A stretch of 64,000 nucleotides of DNA, from NCBI RefSeq assembly GCF_009914755.1, contig NC_060931.1; one strand, 5' to 3'. Shown one piece after another: positions 56,821 to 64,000 of this stretch; within the stretch, counting starts at the first letter, position 1; each line of letters opens with the position of its first letter. The notes beneath the pieces are model-generated. The model did no database searches. It saw only the letters and a list, made by a program, of their open reading frames with translations, and was not told where the DNA came from. This DNA is from the human T2T-CHM13v2.0 reference genome, Homo sapiens. The translations under genes were made by a program, and so were the position numbers.

Positions 56821-57660
56821 GCCTGAGCCAGATCAGCAGTGGGACATGGAAGAGACCAGATTCCTGGTCCCTTTATAGCCAACTTGCCACAACAAATGCC
56901 AGCTTCAGAGATCATTTTATCAGCAGATATAAGTTCTCCTTGTTCCTCCTAAATGTAATCTGCCTAAATATCCCACTGCCTGTGGGACCCCACTGATCAC
57001 ATGGAGAAGCAGGACCTTCTGCTGTGTAAGGGCTTGAGATTCAGACCCTGCTGGGGGTGAATTATCACCTCATCCTCCAACATTTCCTTTGGAATTGGGG
57101 CCTTAGTTGCTAAAAGATAAGACTAGATGGCCCCTTCCCCCAAAACACAGAAACAAATTTGTATGGAAGAGATCCTTCTGGGAAGAAAGGGATTTGAATT
57201 CTGCTCTTACCCAATTCCCTCCTTGAATCAAAGGTTTAAAAAAAGAAAGAAAAAACACCTGTATGAGAGATTCAGTGGCCCCAACTGAAACTTAACTGCA
57301 GGTGCTGCAATTTCATGGAGTTAGATCATTGAAAGGACTTAGCAGGCTCCATGTATTGTAAATGAAGTTAAAGGATACTGTGGGAGGAAGGAAGCAAAGG
57401 CAAGCATGGGAAGGTATGAAACTTCCAGAGGCAGACTCCAAGGATCCTTACTCAGTTGCACAAGACATTTTTCATCTTTGAAATAGGAATCACCGAGATA
57501 TATATGAGATTTCTTGTTGGTCTTGTGGGAGCCAAAGCACAATTGAGCTGGGAATGAGGTGCATGCTCCAGGCACATGGTCATGACTTGGGCAATAGAAC
57601 AAGTGTCTAAAGTGATAAAATCTTAGACTCAAGAGTTGCAACACCTGCCAACTGGGGAGT

Positions 57661-57800
57661 TTTTTAAATTTTAATTTTATGTTTTAGAGACAGAGTCTTG
57701 CTCTGTCATCCAAGCTGGAGTGCAGTGGTGCAATCATAGATCACTATAACCTCGAACTCCTGGGCTCAAGTGATCCTCCTTCCAAAGTGCTGGGATTACA
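57661..57800 (-). mobile_element. Deleted AluJ/FRAM fragment
   Basis: gagacagagtcttgctctgtcatccaagctggagtgcagtgg...aactcctgggctcaagtgatcctcct. Confidence 0.75.
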
Positions 57801-58314
57801 ACGTACAACTTAATTCTTGAATTTGTTCACTATCTCTGCACCTGCTGTCGTCATCCTATTCCAAGCCACCATCATTTCTCACCTGGATTGTTACAATTGC
57901 CTCCTGCCTGGAGTTCCCACTACACATTGGTTACCTGTGGTGGAGATGGTGAATTGACACCCACAGTCATTCCAATTCTTGCCAGGTATGTCTTCTTCTA
58001 TTACAGAGTCTGGGAAGCAAAAATTAAACTTTTAAATTGCTTTGCACCTGTTCCAAGTGCAAATTAGTTTCCACCAATTAGATGCATTCATGCAAGGTAC
58101 AAAAGAAATTCAGGGGTCCTCTTTCTTTTGTTTCAGCTGTTTCTGTTGGCAAAAAATAGGAGATTTTTCAATAGCAGTAGTCCAGGGTCCTTTTACCAGC
58201 TTTATGGATATTTGGAGGCAGGACTTTAGTAACAGCAGTGGGCTTCTAATATTGGATCACAGCTCAGGTGTATTTTCCCCAGGAGGAAGTGCAGAATATG
58301 ACATAATCATTTGG

Positions 58315-59330
58315 CTAGATTACAAATGTTTGAAACAACTTCACTGAAGGGAGTGGGGCAAAGGTGCTATCTAAGAAACTTTGGAAATGAGAGAAGTTTG
58401 TAAGGCTAAAGTCAAAAGGAACTGTATATAAGGATGGCATTTTAATTGGTGCAGTTGTTTCTCAGAAGGTGACATGGGTTAACAGTTCTAAAGCCACTAC
58501 ACATGGGCACCAGACCTGAAGAATTAAGTCAATGGATGGTAGATGGTGGGAGCAGACTTCTTACAGAGTTAGATGTCCCTGAAAAGCTGGGGGAGATGGT
58601 TAGAATAAGCCAAGTGGTACTGCACAAAAATTGAAGACATAATTATGAACTCTTGTTTAGCCTAAGAAAGATATGGATGGATGCATTGTGTACATGTGTG
58701 TTCATGGATTACACACACATGATTCCTAGCTCTGTCTCCTAGGAAGGTCTAGAACCAATGATACCTCTTTATCAACAAGCACACCCAGTGCCCACTTCTT
58801 GGTTTCTGATATCACTCTTCAGGAAAAGCAATCAGGGATCCTTAAAGGAATGGATGACACCAGGGCTGGGGCAGGGAACATACAAGATTCTCCTGCAGTG
58901 TCTTGCATTGAAAAAGCAAGGAAATGCTTCAAAAAGCAAAATGAAACAAAGAAAAACAACGGAGGCATGTCAAAGGGACACAGGGGCCAACTAAAATAAC
59001 TCCCAATGGTGAGGTTCCACGGTGTAGTGGCTAGTACTCTAGACTCCAAAAGAGCTCCCAATGGCCAATGCTGCAACAACTTGTGCAACAAAATAAATAA
59101 TGTGCTTTAATCCAAAGTATAATATTTATAACCTTGAGTCCACACTGATGTGAATGATTGGGTAAATGAATAGATGGGTGAGAAAGGACAGGTCTCTTGT
59201 AAAGCAGGATTCCCAAGTGTTGAGGTGAATACTCCTTCCTCAAGGCAATGGCACATTCTGGACCCCATACTTAACCCTTGCCCCCTGATGCCCTGTGGCA
59301 AATCCTGCAAGGCCCAGAGCCCAAACATCC
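58315..59330 (+). mobile_element. L1MC3-like 3' UTR fragment
   Basis: tacaaatgtttgaaacaacttcactgaaggg...aaactttggaaatgag, same motifs as 11874-11945. Confidence 0.7.
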
Positions 59331-62300
59331 AACACCACTCAACATGTATGTACGTTTCACACAGTCACCGTAACAGTGACAAAATGACTAGGGTACTGTC
59401 TGGACACAATTAATGTTAACACTAACCCCCCCTTAGATTGGAAATCAGAATTACAGCTCAGTACCTGTTCCCTAAAGCTCTGTCCAACCATGGAAAGACT
59501 ATCCTACTTGGCAGGGCAAGTGAGGATAGGGCTTTGTTTCCAAATCACCTGTTTTCAGAATAACTAAACTCAAAGGAATTTTCTGGAACTCAAAAGTTAG
59601 GCAGAAACCTCTCCATTCTGTCCATAAGGACAGAACCTCCCACCTTAAAATAGGCACAGTAGGGAGCAGTGTGAATACAAGGGTGCATTTGCATTGAAAT
59701 CAAGGGAAACAGCAGCTGTATCTTGTCTATGGGGCACATCTGGACACTCCGGCATCCATGACCACTCAGAGGACATCCGCCATTGGGGGCTAAAGAGGCA
59801 GGACTTACAACCAGGCAGACGCAGAGGAGGGAGTCCAGATGCACACCTGCTTCCTGAGGCAGAGGTTTGCAGCACCCTTCTGGACATAACTGAGAGTCTT
59901 TAAATGCTATTTTTTTTTTTTTAAAAAAAAGGTCTTTTCTGTTTTTTAACTAATCATTTAAAGTTATTGTAAAGGACAAGCTCTCTTATTACTTTTCATT
60001 TTTAAAAGTTTCTCAGCAATCTCATTATTTAGTCTTTCAGATGAATTTTAGGAGCATATTTTTTAGTTCAAATGAATTCCATTGGAGTGCAATTGCATTA
60101 AATCTCTATGCTAATTCAGAAAGACTGCGTATCTTTATGGAATTTGCTCTTCCAGAAACATAATACTGCAATGCAGGTAGCAGTATGAACAGGGTATTTC
60201 GGGAAGAGACGACTTAAATGAAGATTTGAAAGTGAGTGTCTGTGACATTTCATGCAGAAAGCTGCATTTCTTTGTATTTTGTTTTTAATAAAAATGGAAT
60301 TTAAACCACTTTCATCACTCACTATGAATCTTTAAGCTTGTTTTCCTCATGTATTTAAAGCTTTTATTTTAACAGCATCTTCTAATCTGCTATTTCTGAG
60401 AAGGCTCAACTTCATTTTATTTGCTTTTTTATTTTGTGGTGATTAGAAGGCAATGAGATGGGATAGGAAGGACGAGTAGCAGGCTCTGCTCTCTGGTCGC
60501 ACAAGGGTGGAGTTTGAGATGGGCCAGAGCTGCGGCACCATCAGGGACTTCTTCAGCAGGGGCGCCGCCGATGGCACTCCCTGGTCTTGTTTTCTCCTGG
60601 GTCAGTGTCAGCGCTGAGCACGTGGACAGCACATGGCCGACTCTCTCCTCAAAGGGCTGCCACGGTAGGGGCATTTAATGTGTTTCCTATAAATTGAAAA
60701 GGCAGAACCCCTCCCCCAGCCCTTCCGCGTCCCAAAGGTAGAGGGAGCACTCTCATCGCTGTGGAGTTGCAGGAGAGGCTCCACAGGCCCTGCTCTTGCC
60801 TGGTGGGGATGCTGTGACCATGCGGGGCCTCGGTAGGACTTGGCTGCACCAGGCTACCTCCGCAGAAACCAACAAACACTGGTTACCTTTCCGCAGTACC
60901 CATCTGCTTCCAAGCCCCGGGAGCCTCCGCCTTCCGCCCCTCTGCTCCTTCCCTCCAACCTCCTCCACTTGCTAGCACCCTCTCTTCCATGGCTCTGGGG
61001 ACACCCTGCTCCCCGTCTCTTCAGCTTCAGGCCCAGAATAGCTACTGCTCCAGATGGCTGGTGCACGCAGCCCAGCGTTCCTCCAGCCTCTTCGCCAATC
61101 CTTCCATCTTCCAAGTAACTGAGATACAGCCTCCTGCGCGTAGCTAGCAAGCGGGAGCCGGTCCAGCCTCTGCTGAATCCCCCTTCCCCCTCCAGTTCCC
61201 TCCAGGCAACTGCCCCCAAACTCCTGCCCTTATCAAAACAACACCCCTTTGCCTCTCCTGGGAGCCTCCTCTGCACCAGGCCCGCCATGCTCCATGCAGC
61301 CTGAGGGAGTCCCCAGAGCTGCGCACTGGCCGCGCCACTGTGCCTGGTGCTCTCCTCTTTCAGCCTTTACTGTTTTCCAATTTGCTCCTATCTGGTCCTC
61401 CTCTTCCTGCATCGTCTCTTTTGTCTGGGGTGAAAGGAGATGAGGGTGACCATCTCCTGTTTAAAAATGACAAAAATGACAAGGGAAAAAGGGCAGGAGA
61501 ACCTCAGGCAGATGCATGGACATGGCGCTGTACAGGCATTTCCTCCCGCGAGGCTTACAAAACTCCCTCAAATACACGGTTATTTCTTGCCACTTTTCAT
61601 AGGTGATATAATGGGAGCTCAGACTTGCCTGCTACTGGAACCTAGTGCTTCACAATGCCAGTGTTTGCATCTTTCTATTCTGTAGGCAATGCTGATTTTT
61701 GAACAAAAGAAACCATAAAAGGAAGAGGCAGAAATAAATTGAAAATATAACGAAAAGGCAGTCATTTCACTCTTAGGTAAGACGTTTTAAAAGAATCATC
61801 ACCATGCGTGGTTTGTTACAAGTCTGCAGGAACAGGGACGTTGTGTCTGACCAGCTATGGATCTGTATAAAGCACACCCCATAAAAAGATCAGTGTATTT
61901 TCTAATGTCATTGAGCACACAAATGAATTTTCATGAGGTCTAAGCATCAAAGACAGTGCCTTCAACTCAGCAGAATTCCATTAACCATCACAAAAATTTT
62001 AAGGCTCACTAAATGCAAAGAAATTTCTCAGTTTGCCTTTGATTTAGTATCCATGGCTTGGGTTTGTAATTGGCCACCCTGCTTTATTTATTCTCATCTC
62101 CTTTGGTATAATTTTCATTAGGTGAAATTGCCAAGAGAGTCAGACAATGGGAAGAGGACTGGTAAGTTTCTTGTGACTACAGACAGACCTCTCTGTGGAA
62201 CAGCACTGGTCCTGGAGGGACTTGGGGACATGTGGGCAAGGTACAGGGGCACCCCAGCAGGACCAGGTAGGAGCTGGTTTGGTACCAGGTGACTTAGGCC

Positions 62301-62792
62301 TAAGTCACCTGCCGGCAGTATAGACTGGGCTGGGAGCATTCAGTTGGGACTGTCAGACAGCGTTTTCTTCCACCACACTCAGCTACCTCCTGCACTTTCC
62401 CTAACTAGACTAGGAAGGTCTGTGCTTCCTAGACCTTCCTAGACCTTCTATGCTACAGGAAGGTCTATGCTTTTATTTGTAAAGATCTTTGGTGGATTTG
62501 TAGGATACTATAAGAGATATTGTGGCTGTAAGATTAACAATAGCCATAAGGCCCACTGAAACATCTTGCGGGGCTGACACTATGTGTTTCTTAGCAGTAT
62601 GAGGCAACTTGGCTTGGGGATTTCCAACCCTGGCCCCAGGATTTCTAGGAGATAAGGCCACCTCAGCACAGATGAAGCTTTCATAAACCTTGAAACAAAT
62701 CTTACCCTTACAGAAATAGCTTAAGCTGCCTTTATGAAAGAAATACTTGGTAATGGACCCAGACTGAATACAGGCTTAAGAAAGGGGGAAGA

Positions 62793-63666
<874 letters not shown>

Positions 63667-63746
63667 TCAGATAATTATGATTATAGAGGTTCAGAGATGA
63701 AAGAACAGGAGCTATTACTTGGTTAATTCCTTTGTCTAACTCCTTA

Positions 63747-63840
63747 TTTGGCACCATCCAAGCTCCCTGGAGCCTCGAGCTCCTGGGCTCAGGCGATCTT
63801 CCCACCTCAGCCTCCCCAGCAGCTGGGACCACAGGTGGCA
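63747..63840 (-). mobile_element. FAM/Alu monomer fragment
   Basis: gcctcgagctcctgggctcaggcgatcttcccacctcagcctcc...gctgggaccacagg. Confidence 0.7.
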
Positions 63841-63861
63841 GACTGCTTTTTCTTTCTATAT

Positions 63862-64000
63862 TGTATGAGTTTCCTGGGGCTGCCCTAACAATTGACCACA
63901 AACTGTGTGGCTTAAAGTAACAGACTCTTATTTCCTGTTGTAGGGGCTGGGAAGTCCAAAATCATGGTGTTGGCAGGGCCATGCTCCCTCTGGAGGCTCC
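63862..64000 (-). mobile_element. MLT1 (MaLR) LTR, runs off the window
   Basis: tgtatgagtttcctggggctgcc.taaca...ccacaaact...ggcttaaa...aagtccaaaatca.ggtgttggcagggccatgctccctctggaggct. Confidence 0.85.

Noticed and set aside
60552-60570. CTCF motif cagcaggggcgcc
   Set aside because: One G short of the core spacing, so a poor match in either register.

Overview
Primate (very likely human) intergenic DNA dominated by transposable elements; I found no host protein-coding exons. The only gene-derived sequence is a decayed, minus-strand processed pseudogene of ELK1 (~44048-45170). It is probably ELK1P1 on chr7, since the IGH context of ELK2AP/BP is absent. Main repeats: a full-length L1PA3-type LINE-1 (30240-36316, minus, 15-bp TSD, intact ORF1 and ORF0, broken ORF2), a near full-length ancient L1MC3-like element (~5583-12152), a 4.7-kb L1MA (20322-24996), a complete THE1A provirus with TSDs (25885-28178), solo LTRs (LTR22, MER52, LTR26-like, MER74/54-like, MST, LTR32-like), DNA transposon relics (Tigger3a, MER44A, MER58), a near-perfect young AluYc1, and many older Alus, L2, L3 and MIR fragments. 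The ELK1 retrocopy is the most interesting feature: it appears to record an unusual mRNA (coding exon end joined to the 3' UTR, short 5' UTR form) and to have drifted toward G/C and CpG. Other highlights are two template-switch inverted duplications, one a 43-bp-stem hairpin, and a candidate TATA/CpG promoter with two spliceable non-coding exons near 60.4-62.2 kb. I see no convincing novel multi-gene system. Subfamily names and ELK1 comparisons come from recalled consensus sequences, not from alignments.
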